Positions 9,436 through 18,142 of a stretch of DNA of 64,000 nt are shown here, in pieces. The translations under genes were made by a program, and so were the position numbers. Position 1 is the stretch's first letter; every line of letters starts with the position of its first letter. The notes under the pieces are model-generated. The model worked only from the letters and a program-made list of their open reading frames with translations, had not been told where the DNA came from and searched no databases. Source of the DNA: a virus; the IMG/VR virus record IMGVR_UViG_3300033150_001207, positions 1-64,000 of that record. The stretch is one strand, 5' to 3'.

Positions 9436-9486
9436 GGGGGTGTGGGGTGTGGGTTGGGTGGGGAGGAAGGGGGTAGGGGATGGGGG
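9436..9486 (+). other. G-rich tract, potential G-quadruplex
   Basis: Eight runs of 3-5 G with 1-5 nt loops in an AT-rich genome. Confidence 0.6.
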
Positions 9487-9494
9487 TATCACCA

Positions 9495-9818
9495 TTACTC
9501 TTTCTCACCCAATCCATCCCTCACATTCTCCACATACCTGCTCAACACACCAATACACATCTTCTCCAACCCCATATTACACGACTCTGCGATCCCCTGC
9601 AAATTATCCCTCAAACTCTTCCTTATATTTAAACAAATTACAGTCTCATTAAACTCATTCTCATAATACTTACTCACAGCTGGCTCTATAAGCGATGTCC
9701 AGCTCTTACGCTTCTTTTTCTTGAGATTGCTTAGCTTTTCATGCAGTTCTTCAGGTAGGATAATATGAAGCTCACGGTTTTTCACAAAAATTCTCCTGTG
9801 GAAATACGATAACAACAA
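9495..9818 (-). CDS. Ribbon-helix-helix-like DNA-binding protein (possibly tandem)
   Basis: LHIILPEELHEKLSNLKKKKRKSWTSLI and ICLNIRKSLRDNLQGIAESCNMGLEKM; start uncertain. Confidence 0.55.
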   Translation of the reverse strand: MLLSYFHRRIFVKNRELHIILPEELHEKLSNLKKKKRKSWTSLIEPAVSKYYENEFNETVICLNIRKSLRDNLQGIAESCNMGLEKMCIGVLSRYVENVRDGLGEKE

Positions 9819-9883
9819 TCAGTTGAACCCGTGTAAATAATTACACATAGCGTCTGGGAAAAACAATAATTACTATCCCGAAA

Positions 9884-10273
9884 TGGACATTTTTTGGATA
9901 TTTTAGAGGTATTTTCCCAATAATAGTAATTAATTGAGTAATAATAACGGTTAATTTAATAATAACAACAATTTAATTTTGGATATTTTTTGGATATTTA
10001 ATATAATAAATCTTAATGTAAATATACTACGCCAGCTTTAATATAATACATACTATATAATATGTCAAGAGTTTTTTCAAAAAAATTTAATTTTGGATAT
10101 TTTTTGGATATTTTTTTCTTATATTATGAAACCACTATAATGACTTAACTATATATATAACAAACATTTACGTTCTGTGAGACTGTGAGATTGTGGTACA
10201 CGTGTTTTTTCTGGACATTTTTTGGATACTTTTTGGATACTTTTTGGACATTTTCTGTACCACAGTCTCACAG
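9884..10273. repeat. Iteron-like TGGAYA repeats and 18-bp inverted repeat; candidate replication origin
   Basis: Ten TGGA(C/T)A copies at 11-bp pitch within clusters; inverted repeat at 10183-10200 / 10256-10273; very AT-rich spacer. Confidence 0.7.
10040..10068 (-). promoter_or_regulatory. Sigma70-type promoter
   Basis: TTGACA-17-TATATT on the minus strand. Confidence 0.7.
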
Positions 10274-10337
10274 TGAGACAAAAAAATACCAGATACACAT
10301 ATACACATGAATCTGGGTTTCCCGCTATTCCGCTAGT

Positions 10338-10366
10338 AATATAATCGGTATCAATGGATATGTCAA
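10338..10366 (-). promoter_or_regulatory. Sigma70-type promoter
   Basis: TTGACA-17-TATATT on the minus strand, pointing into the repeat cluster. Confidence 0.7.
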
Positions 10367-10422
10367 GTGTTTCTTTGCTACTTTTTTTGATTCACTGAAC
10401 TTTTTTATATGTTGAGTTGTTT

Positions 10423-11985
10423 TCATGTGAACATTTCCTTTTGCACCTCTGATGTTCGTTTTTTACTCATATCTTCATAACCCAAATCAAATCCGATATA
10501 ATTACGCCCGTATGCAAGCGCTACTTTACCAGTAGTGCCCGATCCCATAAACGGGTCGAGAACAATACCAGGATGGAAACCTGCGGATTCGACTTTGATA
10601 TTTGTTGAATTACATTTGAGGCAAGTTATTTCCGTGAAAGCTTCATACTCGGATTTGGTATAATACGATACATTCCCACATGCAATACAGGTAATTTTTT
10701 TACAACCGCAATCGGTATAACCAGTAAATTCTATACTTTTGTTGAAATTATCAATACCCCAATGTCCTCCACCCATACCTGCTTTTTTAAGATTCTGTCT
10801 GTAATCAGATATTTGAGGATCTCTAATTTTCTCTTTAGTGTATATTTTCTCTCTTGCTTTTCCGCATTTATTGCATATATATTGTGGACAACCGGCGAGA
10901 ATAGGGGTCTCCACGAGTTTCTCTGGGAATACGGCGAAATGGCTGTCATGGAACGGCTGTGTCGGCACATCCCAGACACATCTTTTATTACGACCTTTCT
11001 CTGGATCGAAAGGACTTACAAGATGGTCAGCACCTTCAAATTCGTGCGGTGCTTTGCTTTTATCATATCGCTTATAATCTCTATGGTATCTCGCTCTCGG
11101 ACTACTATAATTTTCAGCTTGCTCTTTCGGGATTTTAGTATTACGATTTGGTCTTGGTTGATTCATTGTATGCCTGGTTTGACCATCAGGACCGTTTACC
11201 CACTTATGTTTATTGCTTACCGCACGGTTTAATCTATCAATACTACACTGCTGGACGGGTTCAAACTGTTGCTCGAAATAATATTTCCTTTGCTTTGTAA
11301 AGAAGAAAACAGGTTCCCAGTCCACTGTAAAACGATCTTTTGCTGATGAAGGAAGAGTATTTCTTTTGTGCCACACTATCTTGTTCCGCGCAAGAAATCC
11401 AAGCTCGTCCACCATCATTATTATGAACCGTTCAGGAATAAGACAGAGGGATTTAGCTTGCAGTCCAGCAGCATTAACCCCCGATTGCTTGACATATCTA
11501 TTATCTTTCCATTGTTTCTTGCCGCCAGGATGCCCACCACTACGACCAGCATTATAAGTATCGCCCAGATTCACAAAACAAGTGCCAGTAGGTTTCAGTA
11601 CACGTTTTACTTCTGCGAATATCTGCTTGAGATGCTGTAAGTACAGATCAAATGTTGGTTCAAGTCCTAACGATCCCCTGAATGCGTTACAATGAATACA
11701 AAAAGCATATTGAGAATCCGGCGTCTTTTGATAATTTTCAACACCTTTTATCTTGAGTTTTTCAGCAAAGGGATTATCTTTGCCACCAGTAATATCCCTT
11801 TTTATACCAGTCTTCCACTCATGCTTGCAGTTCTTATCATTTTCATCCCATATTTGCGGCGGAAGACCGTAATTTCGTAGGCCAAAGTAGGGCGGACTGG
11901 TAACACAGCAGTCTATACTCTCGTCAGGTAACTGCTTTATTAAATCTAAAACATGACCAATATGTGTTTTATTTACCTCAAGCAT
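10423..11985 (-). CDS. Beta-class N4-C/N6-A DNA methyltransferase with zinc-ribbon insertions
   Basis: CVTSPPY, FVNLGD, IVWHK, HFAVFP and LDPFMGSGTT motifs; several CxxC inserts. Confidence 0.9.
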   Translation of the reverse strand: MLEVNKTHIGHVLDLIKQLPDESIDCCVTSPPYFGLRNYGLPPQIWDENDKNCKHEWKTGIKRDITGGKDNPFAEKLKIKGVENYQKTPDSQYAFCIHCNAFRGSLGLEPTFDLYLQHLKQIFAEVKRVLKPTGTCFVNLGDTYNAGRSGGHPGGKKQWKDNRYVKQSGVNAAGLQAKSLCLIPERFIIMMVDELGFLARNKIVWHKRNTLPSSAKDRFTVDWEPVFFFTKQRKYYFEQQFEPVQQCSIDRLNRAVSNKHKWVNGPDGQTRHTMNQPRPNRNTKIPKEQAENYSSPRARYHRDYKRYDKSKAPHEFEGADHLVSPFDPEKGRNKRCVWDVPTQPFHDSHFAVFPEKLVETPILAGCPQYICNKCGKAREKIYTKEKIRDPQISDYRQNLKKAGMGGGHWGIDNFNKSIEFTGYTDCGCKKITCIACGNVSYYTKSEYEAFTEITCLKCNSTNIKVESAGFHPGIVLDPFMGSGTTGKVALAYGRNYIGFDLGYEDMSKKRTSEVQKEMFT

Positions 11986-12259
11986 TTATCCTAACACTTC
12001 CATAATCACAATACCCAGGCACAAGCCAAGTATGAACCCGTAAATTGTGAAGAACATATAGGCTACCACGACATAGGATTTATTATCCATTTTACAATTT
12101 CCCTCTTTCTGAAAGTTTTACAGTATTTCCCACTTAGGCAGAACAAATCGTGCTATTTCCTTTACTTTCCGCCCACATGATGGACATGAAAAAGTACGAT
12201 AATTAACAGAAAATTAGTGTCCGCAGTAGTAGCATTTGTACATTTTGTACAGTAATTTT

Positions 12260-12499
12260 TCACTCATCTTCAACCCTAGATGTCTTGTGAATTTTGTTCA
12301 CAATTCGTGCCCATTCCGCTTTTTCCAATTTCATTATATACTTCTCAATTGCCATAAGATGTTTCATAAGTGTGTTGAACAACCTATCATAATCGGGTTC
12401 ATTCTTAGAAGTATTGGATATAAATTTTTCTAACTCGAAAGTATCATATATGAACTTTTCCAGCATTCTTATTTCAGAATTTACTTTTGTTTTATGCAC
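12260..12499 (-). CDS. Hypothetical protein
   Basis: ORF in the leftward run; GTG start. Confidence 0.45.
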   Translation of the reverse strand: MHKTKVNSEIRMLEKFIYDTFELEKFISNTSKNEPDYDRLFNTLMKHLMAIEKYIMKLEKAEWARIVNKIHKTSRVEDE

Positions 12500-12563
12500 T
12501 GTTTTTAGCCCTAGATAACAGGTTTATTGAACAGATTTATATCGTTGCCTTTTTAAATGGTTT

Positions 12564-13343
12564 CTATTCAAATATTACAGTCTGATCTGGATTTTCATAT
12601 TTTTTCTTAGATTCATAAATCCACCAATGCATAACTTCTTCTGGTGTATTCCAATCTGTGTTTTTGCTTCTGCCAATTCTATTTTCAAGCATATTCTTGA
12701 AAGCCTTCAAATAAAGCTTATAATATCTGGGATAACGTTCAGCATCTCTAAGCATGCTCCGTTTACCTGACATAGGACACATAATGCAGCCAATCCGAGA
12801 ATACCCTTCATCATATAAACAGCAGTAATTTAAATGATATTTCTTAATAAATTCCCATACATCAACAGTTGTCCAATCAATTATTGGATTTAAAAAATGT
12901 TTCATTTTATTCTTAAAACAAGTTTCAAACATTCTTCTTTTGGATCGCTTATAACTTTCTTTTCTACGGATACCAGTTATAACTATTCTTCTATTACCAC
13001 CATGTTCTTTTAAATCTTTACAGCAATAGCGTACTTTTCTTGTGGGAGGTATTGTATTTTCAGATATTATTTTCCACATTGTTTTGGGCGGTTTTTCCAA
13101 AATCACGTCAGGATAATATTTTTTTGTAAATTGTATTACTTCTGGTGGATCAACTGATGTAAGATTGAAATGAGCATCGAATTTCACTCTTGCCATTTTT
13201 GCAAGCTCATATATACACTGACTATCTTTTCCGCCGCTGAAAGCGAGATAATAGCCTTCAGGAGGTTCAAATTCTTTTAAACGTTCGATAGCAATTTGAA
13301 TCTTATCAATTTCACCGAAAAGTGTTAATTCTTTAAGGGGCAT
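12564..13343 (-). CDS. PAPS-reductase-family protein
   Basis: AFSGGKDS PP-loop, RYCCKDLK, TGIRRKES and RIGCIMCP. Confidence 0.9.
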   Translation of the reverse strand: MPLKELTLFGEIDKIQIAIERLKEFEPPEGYYLAFSGGKDSQCIYELAKMARVKFDAHFNLTSVDPPEVIQFTKKYYPDVILEKPPKTMWKIISENTIPPTRKVRYCCKDLKEHGGNRRIVITGIRRKESYKRSKRRMFETCFKNKMKHFLNPIIDWTTVDVWEFIKKYHLNYCCLYDEGYSRIGCIMCPMSGKRSMLRDAERYPRYYKLYLKAFKNMLENRIGRSKNTDWNTPEEVMHWWIYESKKKYENPDQTVIFE

Positions 13344-13351
13344 TTAAAAAC

Positions 13352-13585
13352 TCAAAAATTAAAATGTGGTTTATCATCATAAGACTTCCACTCAATCCAT
13401 AAATAGCGATTTGGTACATATATACATCTACCACGTTTACTAAATACTCTATGCCCACCCGATTCTGAAATGTATAATTTAGACGGTTCATCTATTCTAA
13501 GAATACGATTCGTAAAGTGATATTCTCTAACTTTTTCGTTTGATATATCAATAAACTCATATCCGCTTTCATCCCTAAATTCCAT
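13352..13585 (-). CDS. Conserved small phage protein
   Basis: DISNE…SGGHRVF; AGGAG leader. Confidence 0.7.
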   Translation of the reverse strand: MEFRDESGYEFIDISNEKVREYHFTNRILRIDEPSKLYISESGGHRVFSKRGRCIYVPNRYLWIEWKSYDDKPHFNF

Positions 13586-13620
13586 TTCATTCTCCTGTAT
13601 CTATGTTATTTGCCTTTTAA

Positions 13621-13649
13621 ACGGCGGAAGAAGGGACTAACACCGCCGT
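13621..13649 (-). terminator. Hairpin, possible terminator or processing site
   Basis: ACGGCGG…CCGCCGT stem followed by a short T run on the minus strand. Confidence 0.4.
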
Positions 13650-13707
13650 CAGTATAACTTATGTTATGGTTAAAGGTGAACATCAACAGACTATCCCTTC
13701 GTTTTTG

Positions 13708-14324
13708 TTACCTAAAGTGTTCATGAAATTGGCTACTATCGTTGTTGTATCTCATTTGCACGTTAAAAAGCTTTTTAATACTTTCATTTATATTCATTCC
13801 GTCAATATCATAACCTACCGAATCCCATCCTTTATGTTTCTCACGTGCAAAAAGCTCTATACGTGGTAAATCACCACACAACTGGACTATTCTATCTCTG
13901 ACTTCATCGGGTTTTTTTTTGAGTGAATAACAGCTTTTTGAGATATAAATTGCCTTACGTTTCCACTTACCCTTTTGGGTTGTCCTTTTGTAAACAACAA
14001 ACAAATCTCAGCACCTTTTCTTGTCCAGTATCCCATACCAAACCTTTGTTTATCCCATACAAATCCAATTGTTTTATAGACAAAGCCCCACTTTTCACCA
14101 ATCATAATTGCGTTCTTTAAATGAGCATCTTGTGTCCACATGAATAAAATACAGTTATTGTCCGCAATTTTATTTACTGGCAACTTGACAATATTTTCTA
14201 TACTCATAAGAGAGTAATGTTTATCCGAAGTCTTTCGCCGACCCTTTTTAGAATATGTATTCCATTGCCAGGGTGGATCTGCATATATGATTTGGTATCT
14301 TTTCATTTCAGTTTCAATCAACAT
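13708..14324 (-). pseudogene. MT-A70-family adenine methyltransferase split by a frameshift at an A9 tract
   Basis: IYADPPW…GMGYWTRKGAEICL…HSKK in one frame; KKPDEVRDRIVQLCGDLPRIELFARE…GWD in the -1 frame; junction at T9, 13912-13920. Confidence 0.8.
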
Positions 14325-14338
14325 TTACTAAAATTTTC

Positions 14339-14572
14339 TTACAATGATTTATTGTTTAATTCCATTAACCTCTTTACAACTTCATCGAGGTCATCTGGTT
14401 TTATCAATATTTCCGATTCGTATCCTCTGTGGTTACAGCCTTGAATCGCAATGTATTTCGCTTTCTTGTCGATTGTGAAATTATGTATTATAGGTTTTAG
14501 ATATTTCATTTGAATTTGATTATCCTTCTTTGGTTTTTGCCAACCCTTCTGCCAACCCTTCTGCCAACCCAT
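14339..14572 (-). CDS. Hypothetical protein with GWQK x3 N-terminal repeat
   Basis: ORF just downstream of the 14624-14652 promoter; 12-bp tandem repeat. Confidence 0.5.
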   Translation of the reverse strand: MGWQKGWQKGWQKPKKDNQIQMKYLKPIIHNFTIDKKAKYIAIQGCNHRGYESEILIKPDDLDEVVKRLMELNNKSL

Positions 14573-14623
14573 CTAGCATAAACATTTTGTATTACTTCTT
14601 GCATTTGAGATTAATTTTTCTAC

Positions 14624-14652
14624 AATATACATCAACACAGTACCTCTGTCAA
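14624..14652 (-). promoter_or_regulatory. Sigma70-type promoter (left member of a divergent pair)
   Basis: TTGACA-17-TATATT on the minus strand. Confidence 0.75.
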
Positions 14653-14688
14653 GAAAAATTTATAAACATTCCAAGATAAAAAAAGTTC

Positions 14689-14717
14689 TTGACAATATTA
14701 TCTAATGTTCATATACT
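14689..14717 (+). promoter_or_regulatory. Sigma70-type promoter (right member of a divergent pair)
   Basis: TTGACA-17-TATACT. Confidence 0.75.
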
Positions 14718-14754
14718 AGAACAATTTTTTAACTTAACAAAGGGGAAAAATGTT

Positions 14755-15195
14755 ATGCGATTACGTATCTTGTTATCAGTTTCCACATTACTGTTGGTTT
14801 TATTTATGAATGCGGAAAGCGGTATGGACGCAGAACGTTGGCTTGATTATGAAATCAGAACGGTTACAGTTTGCGACAGTCTCAAAGTTGAATGTACGTG
14901 GTATACGAGTTCAGTGTATGAGTGTGACGAAACGCCCTGGATTACCTCTGACGGCTCAAGGGTACGTCATGGAATTATAGCATTGTCTCATGACTTATTT
15001 GATATATTTTCGTATGGGGATAGCATATATGTAGAAGGTTTAGGCTGGTACGAAATACATGACCTAATGCATGATAGATGGAATAACACGGTAGATATCT
15101 GGTGTGATAACAGGCTATATGCGCTTGAGAACGGCAGACAGAAAAAATGGATATTCTGGAACTTCAGAGAAGAAACACAATATTTTGTAAAATAA
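14755..15195 (+). CDS. Exported 3D-domain (lytic transglycosylase-like) protein
   Basis: Signal/anchor MRLRILLSVSTLLLVLF; DETPWITSDG…IIALSHDL…GDSIYVEG…HDLM…VDIW. The track's TTG start lies inside the -35 box. Confidence 0.8.
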   Translation: MRLRILLSVSTLLLVLFMNAESGMDAERWLDYEIRTVTVCDSLKVECTWYTSSVYECDETPWITSDGSRVRHGIIALSHDLFDIFSYGDSIYVEGLGWYEIHDLMHDRWNNTVDIWCDNRLYALENGRQKKWIFWNFREETQYFVK

Positions 15196-15198
15196 AAC

Positions 15199-15227
15199 TT
15201 GACAATTTTGTTTATACTTTGTATATT
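15199..15227 (+). promoter_or_regulatory. Sigma70-type promoter
   Basis: TTGACA-17-TATATT. Confidence 0.7.
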
Positions 15228-15268
15228 GTACTATTATCCATATAGATAGAAACAATAGGGCAAACAAG

Positions 15269-15538
15269 ATGAGTATCCTGGCGATAACAATCCTACTGAT
15301 AATAATAGTAGTTTTCAGTATAAGACTCAGGCAAATACGCAAAGAACTCAGAATACTCAATAGTAATTTATATACGTCCCTCGCAACGAACTTTGATATA
15401 ATACGAAGAAATTGCGACGATTTGAAAAATATGCAAAAATCCGCAAAGGCAAAACGCTTGATTAACCAGATAATGGTTGCACTTGATTATATAAAAATCG
15501 ATAGAGAAAAACACAGAAAAGAGGCTAGTAAATTATGA
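15269..15538 (+). CDS. Small membrane-anchored protein
   Basis: Hydrophobic N-terminal helix. Confidence 0.6.
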   Translation: MSILAITILLIIIVVFSIRLRQIRKELRILNSNLYTSLATNFDIIRRNCDDLKNMQKSAKAKRLINQIMVALDYIKIDREKHRKEASKL

Positions 15539-15720
15539 ACAAACCAACTGCTCCTCAACCCCCTGAGAGATTACGCGGTATTTCAATGTACAATCCCACG
15601 ATTAAAAAGCCACGTATTTCAAAGGGCAAGGCAAGACGTTGGAGGTATGCGATAGTGAAAACGCCAGCCCCGAATGATGCATACAGAACTGGATATGACA
15701 AAATTAAATGGGATGATTAA
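15535..15720 (+). CDS. Small basic hypothetical protein
   Basis: ATGA overlap with the previous gene; ends YRTGYDKIKW. Confidence 0.55.
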   Translation: MNKPTAPQPPERLRGISMYNPTIKKPRISKGKARRWRYAIVKTPAPNDAYRTGYDKIKWDD

Positions 15721-15733
15721 TAAGGTGGTGCAA

Positions 15734-16258
15734 ATGCCAAAGCAAACACGCAAGAATGCCAGTAGCAGGATAGAGCCAGGTGATATAGAAAAATTTAATA
15801 GTAAGCTCAAAGAACTTAAACTAACAAAGAAGAAATTCTGTAAGCAGTATGGTATAAATTATTCTACCCTTCGGACGGGTATATCCATGCTGAAGCTTCC
15901 GCAAAATGTATTTGCAGTTATATCTGATTTTATTAATGACGGACAGCAACAGGTACGAACCACACAATCTACACAAAAAGACGATATATTCGCAATTATC
16001 CAGAGAATGGCTCCTTTACTGTACAAACAAATAACCGACCCAGCCAATATTTTTCTTACATTATCGCATAAGGATAGCGATATGTTATTGGAAATTACCA
16101 ATAAAATTGTTAAAGATGTCAGCAATATAGTATCCACTGTCGGACTTGAAAATGAAGAGACTGGTAAATATACTATAGTAGTCGTGGCAAATGCGAAAAG
16201 TAAGGATGAACTGGTTAAAGCATGTAATAAATATGTGGGGTATATCGAAATTGACTGA
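15734..16258 (+). CDS. XRE-like HTH DNA-binding protein
   Basis: LKELKLTKKKFCKQYGINYSTLRTGIS; ATG at 15734 after AAGGTGG. Confidence 0.55.
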   Translation: MPKQTRKNASSRIEPGDIEKFNSKLKELKLTKKKFCKQYGINYSTLRTGISMLKLPQNVFAVISDFINDGQQQVRTTQSTQKDDIFAIIQRMAPLLYKQITDPANIFLTLSHKDSDMLLEITNKIVKDVSNIVSTVGLENEETGKYTIVVVANAKSKDELVKACNKYVGYIEID

Positions 16259-16303
16259 TGGTAGTCTGAACATGAAATATAAAGACAAACAAAGGATAAT
16301 TAA

Positions 16304-16690
16304 GTGAAGACTGATGAATCGGATTTTTTGCTATTCCAGAAAGAATGCTGGAAATGGATTAACTACTTCGGGCTAAAGAATTGGGAATGGAACTTTACAC
16401 ATGAAGAAAACACGGCATTCGCCACTTATTGGGTAAGTGTAACTGACCGTGCATGCACAATCAATTTGAATACGGAATTTGACGACGAAGGGGTAAAAAT
16501 GCAAAGTGGGAAAGAAGCTGTGATAAAGTCATCCGCATTTCACGAGGTTATGGAAATTTTATTGGCAAAACTCGGTTGTCTTGTATTACCATCCCCAGCC
16601 AATCCCAATCCTCAATCAGATGTCAGGGGGGCTACCCACGAGATTATCCGAATTTTTGAAAATACCATATATAAGGACTTGAAACTATGA
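16304..16690 (+). CDS. Zincin-like phage protein (HExxE variant)
   Basis: FGLKNWEW…AFHEVMEILL. Confidence 0.55.
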   Translation: MKTDESDFLLFQKECWKWINYFGLKNWEWNFTHEENTAFATYWVSVTDRACTINLNTEFDDEGVKMQSGKEAVIKSSAFHEVMEILLAKLGCLVLPSPANPNPQSDVRGATHEIIRIFENTIYKDLKL

Positions 16691-17013
16691 AAGGTATAAT
16701 CAAATCACGCTATATCGACGTTGGGGGATTAAAACTTCAACTCGCTCAAGCAATGTCGCATATCGAGAAAGCAGAAAGCATACTACGGGGTATTGATAAA
16801 GAACTTTCGCACATATCATCGCAACGTGAGCAAGCCCGATACGAGGCGCTGAAAATGGCATGCGAGGAATACTACGACTACTGTGGTAGCGGGGAATTCT
16901 CATACGATGGACTAAGAATGTATGAAGATGCAATAATCGAGAAGGCAATGGAACATATATATGACGATAGGGTTTTTGAAGCTATTCGGGAAATGATTGG
17001 AAGTAGATATTAA
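16687..17013 (+). CDS. Hypothetical protein
   Basis: ATGA overlap with the previous gene. Confidence 0.6.
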   Translation: MKGIIKSRYIDVGGLKLQLAQAMSHIEKAESILRGIDKELSHISSQREQARYEALKMACEEYYDYCGSGEFSYDGLRMYEDAIIEKAMEHIYDDRVFEAIREMIGSRY

Positions 17014-17037
17014 ACACTTTACAGGAAGGGAACAACA

Positions 17038-17610
17038 ATGAAGCGTAGAGAATTTTTACCAGCAGCAGTTGGGGCCGCATTAGTACCACAGGTCGTTAGC
17101 TCGAAGCTTAATAAAACGACGAGATGTTCTAGTATGTTGCTGAGCGACCATATATGCAATAAATTAATAAATCTTATAAGTCCTAAAACTCCGATTGAGA
17201 AAGTTGTTGATGGCATATTTCTGGACTATGTAAATAATCCCGATAGTTATTACAATAAAAAGTTCAAAGAATTTAAAGAGAAAGACAGAAAAGCTATTCG
17301 GGATAGCATTAACAGGTTTCAGAATGGCGTTGTTGATGCATGCAGAATTTATGTTACATATGATGAAGATTTAAAGGATGATGGTTATACTAATGATAAA
17401 CACATAAATGATGCTCTTGCAAAAGATATGCCAATAATATCAAAACATACATTCAGGAAAAATGATAAAGCGGAAGGAAAAAAATTTCTATTCATTCGAT
17501 ATAAAGAAGGAATTATGACCTCTGAAGATTTTGGAAGTGAGCATAGTAAGTTTAGTTTTGACGAGGTGTTTATACTTTCCGCTCTCAGCGATTGGAGTAA
17601 AAGCGGATGA
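17038..17610 (+). CDS. Hypothetical protein with Tat-like signal peptide
   Basis: MKRREFLPAAVGAALVP matches the RRxFL consensus plus an h-region. Confidence 0.6.
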   Translation: MKRREFLPAAVGAALVPQVVSSKLNKTTRCSSMLLSDHICNKLINLISPKTPIEKVVDGIFLDYVNNPDSYYNKKFKEFKEKDRKAIRDSINRFQNGVVDACRIYVTYDEDLKDDGYTNDKHINDALAKDMPIISKHTFRKNDKAEGKKFLFIRYKEGIMTSEDFGSEHSKFSFDEVFILSALSDWSKSG

Positions 17611-17614
17611 GTAA

Positions 17615-17783
17615 TAGAATGTGTAAATCAGTGGGGCTTGCAATATTGTACGGAAATAACATGCGGTAAGCACCCATGAATTGAGCGTTCACAAGTGCTT
17701 ACCTTCACACAGGAGAAATCGCTCTATTGTAGCAATAGAGCATTATGAAAATGCAAACCTCGAAACGACAAGGAAGTGCACAT
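17615..17783 (-). ncRNA. Candidate small structured RNA
   Basis: Lies downstream of a consensus promoter; no credible ORF; hairpins at 17665-17703 and 17721-17741. Ends approximate. Confidence 0.35.
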
Positions 17784-17788
17784 TACGC

Positions 17789-17817
17789 AATATAACCTAT
17801 TATGGTGTATTTGTCAA
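17789..17817 (-). promoter_or_regulatory. Sigma70-type promoter with no downstream CDS
   Basis: TTGACA-17-TATATT on the minus strand. Confidence 0.7.
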
Positions 17818-17884
17818 GAAAATATACTGTAAATTTTTATATTATCCCACGGTTGATTAATCCTCAGTATATATAACCATTTGA

Positions 17885-18122
17885 TTACGCTGATACCTTT
17901 TTATTTATTAAGTAAGTATATTTCTCATCATCCATTGAATACATTAATGCCGATTCTTCGCTAAATCTTACTCTATCCTCATGTTCCTGGCGTTTACCGA
18001 TATTGAAATTATCTATTGGTCTGAAATACCCCATCACACATTCGATCCCAGATTTCACAACGAGTTCTTTCGTTATCTTCAACAGTTATTATTCTGTTAT
18101 TGCGTGTGGTAATCAAGGGCAT
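17885..18122 (-). pseudogene. Stand-alone NrdD C-terminal glycyl-radical peptide, frameshifted
   Basis: MPLITT…ERTRCEIWDR + (4 extra nt at 18038-18041) + VMGYFRPIDNFNIGKRQEHEDRVRF; GGAGG upstream. Confidence 0.7.
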
Positions 18123-18142
18123 TTGAGCATCACCTCCTTATG

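Noticed and set aside
9376-9495. Pro-rich N-terminal extension of ORF 9190-9495
   Set aside because: It is the translation of the G/C tract; a strong AGGAGG supports the start at 9375.
10423-11985. Possible intein in the long methyltransferase
   Set aside because: The insertions are CxxC zinc-ribbon-like; no intein C1 or HN-(C/S/T) boundary motifs.
14536-14572. 12-bp tandem repeat encoding GWQK
   Set aside because: Short in-frame slippage repeat; no evidence of a wider function.
14689-14754. TTG start of the 168-aa ORF
   Set aside because: The TTG is part of the -35 box; the ATG at 14755 gives a proper signal peptide.
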